Positions 19,242-28,956 of a stretch of 64,000 bases of DNA are shown piece after piece. Source of the DNA: Solirubrobacterales bacterium (GTDB lineage Bacteria > Actinomycetota > Thermoleophilia > Solirubrobacterales > 70-9); assembly GCA_046330415.1 (NCBI GenBank), contig JAXLSW010000009.1, forward strand, positions 3,162-67,161, read 5' to 3'. Below the pieces are notes generated by a model. That model had not been told where the DNA came from. It searched no databases and was given only the letters and a program-made list of their open reading frames with translations. Position 1 is the stretch's first letter. Every line of letters starts with the position of its first letter. Both the position numbers and the translations under genes were made by a program.

Positions 19242-20747
19242 ATGGCAGAACGCGACCGTTGGGTTGCAATCGATGCGTCGACCGACCCCCGCCGCCTGGC
19301 GAGGACGCTGGCGAGGGCGCACTCCGACGTGCTCGCGGGGGGAGCCGGGGGAGAGGTGGTGCGCGACGCCATCTCGAGCTCCTGGGACCGCAGCGCCGAC
19401 GCCGGGGTCGATCCCGACGGCTCCGGCCCACCGCAGGCGATCTCCAGCGAGGAGGCGTCGTCGCGGTGGGCGAGCCACCCGCTTTCGATGGCCGAGCCGA
19501 TCCTCCGCGAGCTGCTCGCAGACGTCCGCTCCGACGACGATCAGGTGGTGCTCGTCTGCGACGCCGACGGCAAGCTCCTGTGGATCGACGGCGAGCCGGC
19601 GCTCCTCGACGCGGCTCAGGGGGTGAACCTGCAGCCCGGCGCCGATTGGGGCGAGGCGCACGCGGGGACGAACGCGATGGGCACGGCGCTCGAGGTCGGG
19701 CACTCGATCCAGGTCTTCTCGGCCGAGCACTTCTCCAGGGGCGTCCACGAGTGGACCTGCAGCGCCGCGCCGGTCCACGATCCCGACAGCGGCGACGTAC
19801 TCGGGGTGATCGACCTCTCCGGCGAGCTCAAGACCGCCCATCCGCACTCGCTGGCGCTGATCGAGGCCGCCGCGCGGGTGATCGAGGCGAAGCTCGGCCA
19901 GCTCGGCGCCCGCCGCGACGCGGTTCTGCTCGAGCGCTTCGGTGGTCGGATCGGCCCGGGGCTCGGCAAGGCGAGCGCGCTGCTCACGCCGAGCGGGCGG
20001 GTGGTCGGCTCCACCGCGCCCGGTTGGAGCGGCCTACGGCTCGAGGTGCCGGAGGGTGGCGGCATGATCGAGTTGGGGGAGGGGATCTCGGTGATCGCCG
20101 AGCCGCTCCCGGCCGCCGACGGGTTCCTGCTCTGGCGCGCCAGCGACGGCCGTCCCTCGCCGGATCGGACGCTGCGGCTGTCGCTGCTCGGCGACGACCG
20201 AGCAGGCGTATCCCTCGGTGGTCGCAGCGAGCGGCTCAGCCCTCGCCACAGCGAGATCGTCGCGCTCCTCGCGCTCGGCTCCTCGTCTGGGCACGCCGCC
20301 GACGCCCGCGAGCTCGCCGCCCGCCTCTACGGCGACGAGGGCAAGGCAGGCTCGGTCCGCGTCGAGCTGTCGCGTCTGCGCGGCCGCCTCGGTGACCGGC
20401 TGACGAGCGGGACCGCGGCGCTGGTCGGGGAGGTCCGCAGCGACTACCGCGAGGTCGAGAGGCTCGCCGGCGTCGGCCGCCTCGGGGAGGCGCTCGACTC
20501 CTATCCGGGTCCGCTGCTGCCCACCAGCCGCGTGCCTGAGATCGCCGAGCGCCGCGAGGCCCTCGACAACCGCTTGCGCGAGGCGGCTCTCGCGTCGCAC
20601 GGCTCCAGCGCGCTGACGAAGTGGCTCGACACCCCCTCAGGAAGCGACGACATCGCCGCCTGCCGCGAGCTGGTCAAGCGCCTCGACGATGGCGACCCCG
20701 CGAGGCCGAGCGCCCTGAGTCGCCTGCGCCGCATCGCCAACGCCTAG
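19242..20747 (+). CDS. GAF-domain transcriptional regulator with a C-terminal winged-helix-like module
   Basis: GTNAMGTALE...SAEHF...WTCSAAPVHDP...GVIDLSG is an AcoR-like GAF core. C-terminal LSPRHSEIVALLAL...VRVELSRLR. Divergent from the aldehyde dehydrogenase. Confidence 0.7.
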   Translation: MAERDRWVAIDASTDPRRLARTLARAHSDVLAGGAGGEVVRDAISSSWDRSADAGVDPDGSGPPQAISSEEASSRWASHPLSMAEPILRELLADVRSDDDQVVLVCDADGKLLWIDGEPALLDAAQGVNLQPGADWGEAHAGTNAMGTALEVGHSIQVFSAEHFSRGVHEWTCSAAPVHDPDSGDVLGVIDLSGELKTAHPHSLALIEAAARVIEAKLGQLGARRDAVLLERFGGRIGPGLGKASALLTPSGRVVGSTAPGWSGLRLEVPEGGGMIELGEGISVIAEPLPAADGFLLWRASDGRPSPDRTLRLSLLGDDRAGVSLGGRSERLSPRHSEIVALLALGSSSGHAADARELAARLYGDEGKAGSVRVELSRLRGRLGDRLTSGTAALVGEVRSDYREVERLAGVGRLGEALDSYPGPLLPTSRVPEIAERREALDNRLREAALASHGSSALTKWLDTPSGSDDIAACRELVKRLDDGDPARPSALSRLRRIANA

Positions 20748-20908
20748 GCGCAGCGCGGCCCGCGCGAAGCCGCAGCGAAGCCCCCGAACTTCAGGGGCCG
20801 GCGTGCCTTCCTGAGACACCCGCGCCTCCGCACCGCTCCGCTCGAGCCGCTGGGGAGACTTCCATCCGCATGCGGTCAAGATCCGCCCCAGCAGCTGAAG
20901 CGCCCCCG

Positions 20909-20938
20909 TTTGGCCCGCCCCCGATCCTTCGCTAGACT
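20909..20938 (+). promoter_or_regulatory. Putative promoter of tRNA-Glu
   Basis: TTGGCC, 18 nt spacer, TAGACT. It ends about 10 nt before the tRNA 5' end. Confidence 0.35.
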
Positions 20939-20948
20939 CGCGGGCCGC

Positions 20949-21021
20949 GCCGCTATCGTCCAGGGGTCTAGGACGCCGGATTCTCAGTCCGGAAACCGGG
21001 GTTCGAATCCCCGTAGCGGTA
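20949..21021 (+). tRNA. tRNA-Glu (anticodon CUC), CCA not encoded
   Basis: Manual cloverleaf. Acceptor GCCGCTA/TAGCGGT (G1-U72 wobble). Anticodon stem CCGGA/TCCGG with loop TTCTCAG. T-arm CGGGG-TTCGAAT-CCCCG. Overall resembles actinobacterial tRNA-Glu. Confidence 0.85.
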
Positions 21022-21026
21022 CTGAC

Positions 21027-21058
21027 GAAGCCCGCCCGTGAGGCGGGTTTCTTCGTTC
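21027..21058 (+). terminator. Rho-independent terminator-like hairpin after tRNA-Glu
   Basis: gaagcccgcc-cgtga-ggcgggtttc followed by TTCGTT. It also sits just past the 3' end of the minus-strand gene that ends at 21088. Confidence 0.55.
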
Positions 21059-21087
21059 CGGGGGATGGATCGGCAGGCCGCGAGGGC

Positions 21088-22905
21088 CTAGCGGAGGGTG
21101 ATGGTCCGCCGCACGGCCGCGGAGCGGTTGCCGGCCTTGTCCGTCGCCCAGACCTGAATCGTGTTCTTGCCCCTCTTCAGCTTCGGGGTCTTCCAGGGCG
21201 ACTTGCAGCTCTTCGGCTTCGACTTGTTCAGCTGGCAGGTGAACTCCGCGCCGGCTTCGTCCGCGCTGAAGGTGACCTTGGCTCGCTTCTTCTTCGTCGT
21301 CTTCGGTGCCTTGAGCTTCGTGATCTCGGGCGGAGTCGTGTCGCCCGGCTCTCCACCGCCGACGACCGTGTACTGCCTGGTGGCCGGCGTCTGATCGACG
21401 TTCCCGTATTGATCGACGGCTTGGACTGAGAAGGTACGAGGCCCGAGACCGAGGTCGGGTGCGTTCACGAGCGGGCCGCAGGTGGACTTGGCAGCACCGT
21501 CGAACGAGCAGCGCCACGTCGCCGAGCCGTCGTCGGAGCCCACCGAGAGGCTGTAGGGGAAGGTCGCCGTCGCACCCGGTCCAGCGGTGATCGTGGTCTC
21601 CGGGGCGACGCAGTCGTCGTTGGGGTCCGTCCGGAGCTCGTAGGCGCCGATGTCCCGGCGGATGGCGCCGTCGTCGTTTCCATCGCAGGCCCGGGGGTTG
21701 CCTTGCCAGTCCTTCGAGCCCGTCGGCGGGGCGGCCGCCTGGCCGCCGTCGATCAGGGGTGATCCGGGGGCCAGCGAGTAGTCACCGTTGCCGGGGTCGA
21801 GGAACTTGGGATCGACGTTGTCGAGATCGACGAGGTCTTTGACGTCGAAGGTCGTGGTTTCGGCGCCACCGGCACCCACCAGCGCCGGATCGTAGGCGGA
21901 CGAGTCCACGTCGATGTTGAGGGTGTCCGCCGGGAAGTACCTCTGGTGGGCGATGGCGTAGTCGTATCCGTAGATGACCGAGCTGTTGAGGCGGAGATGG
22001 GTGTTGGCGGGAGTCGGCGCACCCGCCGAAGCGGTGGCGACGATGCCGACCGAGGTTCCGCCTCCAGTGCCGGGAGCTCCCACCATCGTCGTCCCCTCGA
22101 TCAGGGTGTCGGCGCTTGCGCCCGTGCTGCTCAGGTACACCCCATAGCCGCCGCCGAAGGGGGTGACGATCACCGAATCCCGGATGTTCAGGGTTCCGCC
22201 GGTGTTCACAGCGCCGGCGCCGATGACGACGAGGGCCGACCTCTCCACCTCCGTGGTGCCGCTCGTGTTGAGCTTGTGGACGTCCCTGTAGGCGGTGAGC
22301 GTCGAATTCCGCACCGTGTTCGCGCTTCCGAGCGTCGTCACGGCGTTGTTCACGTTCGAGTTGTAGAGCCTGACCGTCGAGTTGCTCAGAGTCGCCTCGT
22401 CGCGGAGCTGGACCCCCGTCGTCTTCGTGCCGGTGGTTCCGGTGGCGAAGCTGACATGCAGGTGGTCGGCGGTCGCGTCGCCGCTGACGACCAGGCCCGT
22501 CTTGCCGGCGTTGCTCGCGTCGTCGGGAATGAGGATCGTGAGGTCGCTGATGCTCGAGCCCTGGCCACCGCTGAAATTGATGTCCGGGCTCGTCGGGTCG
22601 GAGCCGGAAAGGACGGTGGCGTCCCCGGATCCGACCAGCGTCAGCCTGCTGCCGTCACCGAAGTTGCTCAGGTAGACCGGACTCGGCATCACGAAGTTGC
22701 CCGGACCGACTTTGACCGTGTCCGCTCCCGGGTGCGTGTCGGCGGCGTCGACGGCGGCCTGAATCGCGGTGGTCGTACCCGTGAAGTTCTGGTCGCAGCT
22801 CGTGTCCGTGGGCAGCTCGGCGCAGTACGTGGCGGCCTGAGCCTGGGCCGTTCCCAGTCCAGCCAAAGCGATGCCCAGAGCAATCAGTATTCGCGGCCGT
22901 CTCAT
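21088..22905 (-). CDS. Secreted right-handed beta-helix protein with a choice-of-anchor-Q-like segment and a Lys-rich Ig-like C-terminus
   Basis: Signal peptide MRRPRILIALGIALAGLGTAQAQA. G/S/T/N-rich beta-helix repeats. ...DYSLAPGSPLIDGG...WQGNPR...DIGAYEL motif. Visibly lower G+C than the flanks. Confidence 0.7.
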   Translation of the reverse strand: MRRPRILIALGIALAGLGTAQAQAATYCAELPTDTSCDQNFTGTTTAIQAAVDAADTHPGADTVKVGPGNFVMPSPVYLSNFGDGSRLTLVGSGDATVLSGSDPTSPDINFSGGQGSSISDLTILIPDDASNAGKTGLVVSGDATADHLHVSFATGTTGTKTTGVQLRDEATLSNSTVRLYNSNVNNAVTTLGSANTVRNSTLTAYRDVHKLNTSGTTEVERSALVVIGAGAVNTGGTLNIRDSVIVTPFGGGYGVYLSSTGASADTLIEGTTMVGAPGTGGGTSVGIVATASAGAPTPANTHLRLNSSVIYGYDYAIAHQRYFPADTLNIDVDSSAYDPALVGAGGAETTTFDVKDLVDLDNVDPKFLDPGNGDYSLAPGSPLIDGGQAAAPPTGSKDWQGNPRACDGNDDGAIRRDIGAYELRTDPNDDCVAPETTITAGPGATATFPYSLSVGSDDGSATWRCSFDGAAKSTCGPLVNAPDLGLGPRTFSVQAVDQYGNVDQTPATRQYTVVGGGEPGDTTPPEITKLKAPKTTKKKRAKVTFSADEAGAEFTCQLNKSKPKSCKSPWKTPKLKRGKNTIQVWATDKAGNRSAAVRRTITLR

Positions 22906-22999
22906 GAAGTCTCTCCTGCCCCCGGGTGAAGAGTCACCAAACTAACCGAAACAGAAGCTTCGACAATCCGGTTACGGATAGCCAAACCGGCGGGTTGCC

Positions 23000-23240
23000 A
23001 TATGGGCTTCTTCGCGATCTTCCGCGGCGCCGAGGCACGCAGCACCACGTCATCGACGGCGGCGTTTGCCAGGGTTGGTGATCGTCGCCTTGACCTTCAC
23101 GACCTTCCCTCGCTTGGCCTTCTTGGGGCCCTTGAGCTTGAGGTCGACGAGGTTTCTTGACTTCCCCGTTACCGCCGCCATTCTTGAGCGCGAAGTTGCA
23201 GCTCGCAGGGGAGAAGCTGAGCGGGCGAAGCCCCCAGAAC
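23000..23240 (-). pseudogene. Degenerate remnant of a secreted-protein domain (CARDB/Ig-like), multiply frameshifted
   Basis: Minus-strand frames read ...NLVDLKLKGPKKAKRGKVVKVKATITNPGK, then after a shift NAAVDDVVLRASAPRKIAKKP. No intact ORF. Confidence 0.3.
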
Positions 23241-23403
23241 TCGCCGAACCCCTGGCCGGGGCGACCCTCGGGGAGAAGTGCGGCTCCTGGTGCTCAGTTC
23301 TCCCCGAGGGGGGTTGGGGTGTGGGGGCCTCGGGGAGATATGGGGCCTCGCCGGGCGGATACGGGGACGCGTACGGCGTCGGCGGGCCCGTCAGGTCCGC
23401 CGC

Positions 23404-24633
23404 TCAGTCGCCACCCTCCTGCACGTAGACCACCTCGAGCGCCACGCCGACTTCCAGCGAGGAATCGGCGAGAGGGCGCGGCAGCATCTCCTCCGCCTTG
23501 GCGACGCGGGCGATCACCGTGTTGCGGTGGGCGAACAGGGTCTCGGCCGTGCGTGAGGCGTTCGACTGCAGGCGCAGGTAGGTGCGGAGGGTTTCCCGCA
23601 GGGCATCCGGGGCGTCGGCTAGATCGCCGAGGACCTCGTCCACGAAGTGCTGCGCCTGCTCCTCGTCGCGGCTCACCAGGGCGACGAGACGCAGGTCCTC
23701 GTAGCGGGCGACGCGGAGGGGGGAGTCGAGGCGGCCGATGAGACGTTGGGCGGTGAACGCCTCCTCGTAGCTGCGCCGGAAGCCGCTTACGCCCGGCTCC
23801 GGCGAGCCGATCGCCACCCGCACGGCCGGGTGGGCGGCGAGCAGCCTCTCCAGCTCCTCGGCGGTGGGCTCGCGGCGCGCGGGGATCCAGCTCCACAGGG
23901 AATGGGAGGTCGCCGTGACGCTGAGCGCGCGCTCGGCGCCGCAGGCGGCGGCGAGAGCCGTGGCCGTCTCCCGAAGGGCGCCATCGGCCGCTTCGAGGTC
24001 GTCGCTCCAGACGATCGCGGCGAGATGCGGATGCGGCTGCTCGAGCGCGTAGCCGAGCCGCCGTTCGGCCCGGGCGACGTCGATCGGCTCGCCGTCGAGG
24101 ATCAGCGTCAGGGTCTCGAGCCGCTCGGCGCTGGTCCCGAGCGCCAGCTCGTCGCGTTCGCGGGTGAGCATCTCGAGGGTGGTCGCCATCGTCGCTTCGA
24201 CGTACGTGAAGATCGAACGGGCGGAGACGGCAAGCAGCTCGCGGAGCTCGGAGACGTCGTCGGTGAGCTCGAAGGCGGTGGCCATCCACGCCTCCCAGGC
24301 GGCGTTCTGCCCGCTGCGGAACGGCTCCAGCGCGTGCAGGTCGAGCCCGCGGCGGACGAGGTCGCGCACCAGCGCCTCGAGCTCAGGGCCAGTGAACGGT
24401 GAGACCTCGGCCCCGGGATCGCGCAGGTTCGAGATGACCCAGTGGGTGACGAGCGCGCGGTTCGCTCTCCGGAACGTCCCGAGCAGGGCGGGATCCTCGG
24501 AGACGGCGGGGGAGTGCTGGGCGAGGCTCGCCTCGTCGATGCGCTCGAAGAAGGTCTCGCTCCCGGTGTCCATGAGGCGCTTGGCCCCGCTCTCGAAGAG
24601 CTCGGCGACCGCAGGGGAGGGGCGCTGCCACAT
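23404..24633 (-). CDS. PucR/CdaR-type transcriptional regulator
   Basis: C-terminal PucR HTH: LRETLRTYLRLQSNASRTAETLFAHRNTVIARVAKAEEML. The start is taken at MWQRPSP (ATG at 24633). Confidence 0.8.
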   Translation of the reverse strand: MWQRPSPAVAELFESGAKRLMDTGSETFFERIDEASLAQHSPAVSEDPALLGTFRRANRALVTHWVISNLRDPGAEVSPFTGPELEALVRDLVRRGLDLHALEPFRSGQNAAWEAWMATAFELTDDVSELRELLAVSARSIFTYVEATMATTLEMLTRERDELALGTSAERLETLTLILDGEPIDVARAERRLGYALEQPHPHLAAIVWSDDLEAADGALRETATALAAACGAERALSVTATSHSLWSWIPARREPTAEELERLLAAHPAVRVAIGSPEPGVSGFRRSYEEAFTAQRLIGRLDSPLRVARYEDLRLVALVSRDEEQAQHFVDEVLGDLADAPDALRETLRTYLRLQSNASRTAETLFAHRNTVIARVAKAEEMLPRPLADSSLEVGVALEVVYVQEGGD

Positions 24634-24817
24634 GGACAGAGCATAGTCCGTGTGATGTGCATCACGCTCATTTGGGGTTGCAGTGACGGCGCGAGAGGGG
24701 AAGACTGCTGTGCAAGCTGCACAGTCGACCGTTGCATTTTCGGTGCAAGCGACGTTGTCGGGGCGCCCCACTGCGGGGATGTTTCCCCTACACGGCCACC
24801 AGGAGGAGAGCGAAGCC

Positions 24818-26329
24818 ATGATCGAGGACACCATCACCGCAACCGACCACGTCGATGTTCTCATCGTCGGCGCCGGCGTCTCCGGGATCGGTGCCGCCTA
24901 CCACCTGCAGGACAAGCTGCCGCAGAAGACCTACGCGGTCCTCGATGCGCGCGAGGACCTGGGCGGCACCTGGGACCTCTTCCGCTATCCCGGGATCCGC
25001 TCCGACTCCGACCTGCACACCTTCGGCTACGCGTTCAAGCCGTGGACCAACGAGAAGGCAATCGCCGATGGTCCGTCGATCAAGGCCTACATCCGCGAGA
25101 CCGCGGAGGAGAACGGGATCGACGCTCACATCCGCTATCAGCACCGCGTCGAATCGGCCGAGTTCTCGACCGAACGCGGGCTCTGGACGATCAAGGGGGA
25201 GAGGCTCGGCGACGACGACGCCGGCCCGTTCGAGATGACCGCCCAATGGCTCTACTGCGGCAGCGGCTACTACCGCTACGACCAGGGGTACATGCCCCAT
25301 TTCGACGGCCTCGGCGACTTCGAGGGCACGATCGTCCACCCCCAGCACTGGCCCGAGGATCTCGACTACGCGGGCAAGCGGGTGGTCGTGATCGGCTCCG
25401 GAGCGACCGCCGTGACGCTCATCCCTGCTCTTGCGGACAGCGGCGCCGGCAAGGTGACGATGCTGCAGCGCTCGCCCACCTACGTGCTGCCGGTGCCGGA
25501 GAAGGATCGGCTTGCGATCCGGCTGCGGAAGCTGCTCGGCGACGAGCGCGCGTACGCGCTCACCCGGCGCAAGAACATCTTCCGCCAGCGCGTCGTCTAC
25601 GGGCTCAGCCAGCGCTTCCCGAACGCCGCTCGCGCCCTGATCCGAAAGGTCAATGCGAAGGCGCTCGAGGGCAGCGACTGCGACGTCGACGTCCACTTCA
25701 AGCCCGAGTACGGGCCGTGGGACCAGCGGCTCTGCGCCGTCCCGGACGGCGACCTCTATCGCGTGATCCGTCACGGCCAGGCCGAGGTCGTCACGGAGAC
25801 GATCGACCGGTTCACGCCCGGCGGCATCCGCCTCGCCTCGGGCCGTGAGCTCGAAGCCGACATCATCGTCACCGCGACCGGCCTCAACCTGCTCGCGTTC
25901 GGCGGGATCGATCTGTCGGTTGACGGCGAGGCAGTCTCGCTGCCCGACACCGTCTCCTACAAGGGGATGATGCTCAGCGGCGTCCCGAACTTCCTGTTCG
26001 CGATCGGCTACACCAACTCGTCGTGGACGCTGAAGGTGGACCTCGTCTGCGAGTACATGTGCCGCCTGATCGACTACGTCGACCGGACCGGCGTGGACGC
26101 CGCCACTCCCGAGGTCCAGGACCCGGGCATGGAACTGCGGCCGATCCTCGACTTCAAGGCCGGCTACGTGACGCGCTCCATCGGCGACCTGCCGAAGCAG
26201 GGCACCGAGGCACCCTGGTTTCTGACGATGAACTACCAGCGTGACGCCAAGTACCTGCGCGACTGCCCGGTCGATGACGCGATGCGGTTCTCGTCCAAGG
26301 TGCGCGGGCGCGAGGCCGCGGCCGCCTGA
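24818..26329 (+). CDS. FAD-dependent flavin-containing / Baeyer-Villiger-type monooxygenase (EthA-like)
   Basis: AGGAGGAGAG RBS. VLIVGAGVSGIGAAYHL FAD motif, LGGTWDLFRYPGIRSD, second Rossmann motif VVVIGSGATAV. Confidence 0.85.
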   Translation: MIEDTITATDHVDVLIVGAGVSGIGAAYHLQDKLPQKTYAVLDAREDLGGTWDLFRYPGIRSDSDLHTFGYAFKPWTNEKAIADGPSIKAYIRETAEENGIDAHIRYQHRVESAEFSTERGLWTIKGERLGDDDAGPFEMTAQWLYCGSGYYRYDQGYMPHFDGLGDFEGTIVHPQHWPEDLDYAGKRVVVIGSGATAVTLIPALADSGAGKVTMLQRSPTYVLPVPEKDRLAIRLRKLLGDERAYALTRRKNIFRQRVVYGLSQRFPNAARALIRKVNAKALEGSDCDVDVHFKPEYGPWDQRLCAVPDGDLYRVIRHGQAEVVTETIDRFTPGGIRLASGRELEADIIVTATGLNLLAFGGIDLSVDGEAVSLPDTVSYKGMMLSGVPNFLFAIGYTNSSWTLKVDLVCEYMCRLIDYVDRTGVDAATPEVQDPGMELRPILDFKAGYVTRSIGDLPKQGTEAPWFLTMNYQRDAKYLRDCPVDDAMRFSSKVRGREAAAA

Positions 26330-26338
26330 GCGCGAAGC

Positions 26339-26923
26339 TCAGGCCCGGTTCGTGGCGAAGGTCCTGACGAACGTCTCGCCGAGGATCTCGCCGGCGCGCT
26401 CGGCGTCCATCCGCCCGGCGTGAAACTCGATCAGCGTCGCCGACGCGGTGGCGCTGATCATCGTCAGGATCCATTGCAGTGGCAGGTCGCCGCGGATCTC
26501 GCCACGCTCCATCGCCGCCATCACGTAGAGACGGACGGGGTCGTCAGGGTCGAACGTGCTCTCCGCGATCACCTCGTTGCCCATCTGCCGGAGCTCGTGC
26601 AGGTACTGGAAGCGCTGGCCGACCCCGATCAGCGCGGGGCCGAGGGCGCGCAGCACGTCGGCGGCCGGGGCATCCTGGTCGATGACCTCGCTCGTCGCGG
26701 TCTTCGACTCCTCGACGACGCGCTCGAAGAGGGCGTGCACCAGATCGATCCGCGTCGGGAAGTGGCGATAGACGGTCGTGCGCCCGACCCCTGATCGTTC
26801 CGCGACGGTCTTCATGCTCGCCGTCGGATTGCGGGCGAGCAGCTCCAGCGCCGCGTCGATCACCGCCTCGCGATTGCGCTGGGCGTCGATTCGCGTACCC
26901 CTGGTGTCCACCGGGATCTGCAT
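26339..26923 (-). CDS. TetR family transcriptional regulator
   Basis: NREAVIDAALELLARNPTASMKTVAERSGVGRTTVYRHFPTRIDL. The start is taken at MQIPVD. The rest of ORF 26339-27805 is shadow. Confidence 0.9.
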   Translation of the reverse strand: MQIPVDTRGTRIDAQRNREAVIDAALELLARNPTASMKTVAERSGVGRTTVYRHFPTRIDLVHALFERVVEESKTATSEVIDQDAPAADVLRALGPALIGVGQRFQYLHELRQMGNEVIAESTFDPDDPVRLYVMAAMERGEIRGDLPLQWILTMISATASATLIEFHAGRMDAERAGEILGETFVRTFATNRA

Positions 26924-26966
26924 TGAGACAGCGTAACGCCAAGTGGGATAGTAGTGTTCGGTTTTC

Positions 26967-27002
26967 GGCGCTCGGTGCTGATCCCCCGAAGCACCGAGCG
27001 CC
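26967..27002 (-). terminator. Perfect 12-bp-stem hairpin downstream of the CRTAC1-like gene
   Basis: ggcgctcggtgc (26967-26978) pairs with gcaccgagcgcc (26991-27002). No canonical U-tract on the minus strand. Confidence 0.45.
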
Positions 27003-27042
27003 ATCCTCTTGATCAAGTGCGTGCGCCCCGCGGCCGGCCTCA

Positions 27043-28908
27043 TCAGCGGCCGGGAGCGGGGATCCGAAGCAGGCGGTCGGCCCGGACGTCGCGGCGCACG
27101 ACCTTGCTCCCGTCGGGCCAGCGGGCGACGAGCTTGTGGACGCGCTCCTGCTCGCCGAGTCCCAGGTAGATCCGGTAGTGGCCGCTCGAGTAGCGGGAGT
27201 CCTCGCCCTGGCCCACCCAGCCGTACTGCCAACCCTGGTCCGTCCTGACCTTGACGGTCCCACCGATCGACTGAGCGTTGCCGATCGGGCCGAGCAGGTC
27301 GACCTCCAGCCAGTGGCCGGTGCGCCCGCTGGTGTTGCGGCGCAGGTCGATCACCTGCGAGGCGGCGAACTCGCCGCGGCCCCGCGCCGAGAGCACGTCG
27401 CGGCGCCCGTCTCCGTCGAGGTCCGGCCAGGTGACGATCCCGTAGCCGATGCGGCCGTTGGGGAGCTGCCCGTAGGCGAGCCTCCCGGTGCGCTTGAAGT
27501 CGCGCCCGTCGGACTCGTAGAGGCCTTGCGGGAGCAGGTCGACATCGACGTCGCCGTCGTTGTCGAAGTCGGCGAAGGCCGCGGCGAAGCTGCCGCGCTC
27601 GGGGATGCCGAGCTTCGCGGGTGCGCGGCGCTTCAGGACCCCGCCTTCGTTGCGGAGCACGGTGTTGCCGGCGCGAGCGGTGGCGAGCAGGTCGAGGTCG
27701 CCGTCTCCGTCGATGTCGGCGGTGGACAGCGTCTGGGGGGTGGAGGTCCCGTTGAGGGTGCGGACGCTTCCGGTCTGCCGCCAGGCGCCTGTCTCGAACC
27801 GCCACGACTGCAGCTCCGAGCCGACGGCGGCGAGAAGCGTCAGCTTGCCGCGACGGCCGAGGTCGACGAACCGGTAGACCGAGCCGACGACGGGCGGAGC
27901 GGGTCCCGACGTGAAGTGCCCCGCTCCGTCGCCGAGGTAGAGCTGAGGCGTGGCGCCGTCGCAGGTCTCGAGGATGTCGAGGTCGCCGTCGGCGTCGACG
28001 TCGGCGATCCGCGCGGCGCGTCCGCGGCAGACGCCCTTGACGAGCCCGCTCGCGGCCGTCGTGTCCGCGTAGGTGCCGGCGCGGTTGAGGAGGAGCTCGT
28101 CGTTCTGACGGCCGGTGAAGAACGGGTCGACGATCTCCCCGCCGAGGCCGCCCGTGGCGACGAAGAGGTCGGTGGTGAGATCGCCGTCGTAGTCGCCGAA
28201 GCCGAAGCCGTGGCGGTCGCGCAGGGTGAGGGTGAACTGGCGCGTCGTCGCCGGGACGGCGTCGGCGCCGACCCGGACCTGCCCCGGCTCCGTCGCCGGG
28301 TCGATGTCGACGGCGATCGGCAGGTCGATGTGCTCGACGGTGAGGTCGATCTGCGCCCCGGGCAGCGCGTCGAAGTCGAGCCGGGTACCGCCGTCGGCGA
28401 CGGGGCTGGTGCTGACGGTGGCGTTACTCGCGTTTTGGACCTGGAGATCCTCGGCGAAGAAGGTGAGGCTGCCGCTCGCGCCGACCGCCGTGGTCGCGAC
28501 GTGGAACGGGTCGCGGGGTTGATCGCGGTCGGTTGCGTAGAGGTAGAGGCCGGGGGCGGAGCGGTCCGGTTCACGGTGGAGGTCCTCGTAGCCGGGGAAC
28601 TCCGGCGTCGGGCTGAGGCCGGACTGCGTGAAGACGTCTGTGAAGCCCCCCATGCTGTCGCCTGCGAGCAGCGAGGAGTCGAACTTGTGGTTGGCGGTGA
28701 AGACGTCGAGCAGGCCGTCGTCGTTGGCGTCGGCGACGCCGAGCTCATAGAGCTTCACACCCTGGATCTGGGAGGAGTCGAGGGGCTTGAAGGTCGCGGC
28801 CTCGCCCTGCGGCGCCGGCGCGAGCAGGCAGGAGAGCAGCGCCAGCAGGGACGCTGCGACGGTCCGCCGCGCGGTCGGGCGGAATCGCTGCTCGGCGGAG
28901 TCGCGCAC
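27043..28908 (-). CDS. Secreted CRTAC1-family protein (FG-GAP/VCBS repeats plus an ASPIC/UnbV-like C-terminal domain)
   Basis: Signal peptide. DANDDGLLDVF, DVDADGDLDIL, DIDGDGDLDLL and DFDNDGDVDV repeats. C-terminal GHWLEVDLLG...GGTVKV...GEDSRYSSGHYRIYLGLG. Confidence 0.8.
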   Translation of the reverse strand: MRDSAEQRFRPTARRTVAASLLALLSCLLAPAPQGEAATFKPLDSSQIQGVKLYELGVADANDDGLLDVFTANHKFDSSLLAGDSMGGFTDVFTQSGLSPTPEFPGYEDLHREPDRSAPGLYLYATDRDQPRDPFHVATTAVGASGSLTFFAEDLQVQNASNATVSTSPVADGGTRLDFDALPGAQIDLTVEHIDLPIAVDIDPATEPGQVRVGADAVPATTRQFTLTLRDRHGFGFGDYDGDLTTDLFVATGGLGGEIVDPFFTGRQNDELLLNRAGTYADTTAASGLVKGVCRGRAARIADVDADGDLDILETCDGATPQLYLGDGAGHFTSGPAPPVVGSVYRFVDLGRRGKLTLLAAVGSELQSWRFETGAWRQTGSVRTLNGTSTPQTLSTADIDGDGDLDLLATARAGNTVLRNEGGVLKRRAPAKLGIPERGSFAAAFADFDNDGDVDVDLLPQGLYESDGRDFKRTGRLAYGQLPNGRIGYGIVTWPDLDGDGRRDVLSARGRGEFAASQVIDLRRNTSGRTGHWLEVDLLGPIGNAQSIGGTVKVRTDQGWQYGWVGQGEDSRYSSGHYRIYLGLGEQERVHKLVARWPDGSKVVRRDVRADRLLRIPAPGR

Positions 28909-28956
28909 TCCCCCTAGGGAACCAGGAATCGGGGGGAACGTTGCGGTCGCCCGGCG

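Noticed and set aside
20949-23403. A classical integrative element at tRNA-Glu, and likewise at tRNA-Leu (30768-31681)
   Set aside because: No integrase, recombinase, excisionase or clear tRNA 3'-end duplication is seen. I report these only as compositional islets or cassettes.
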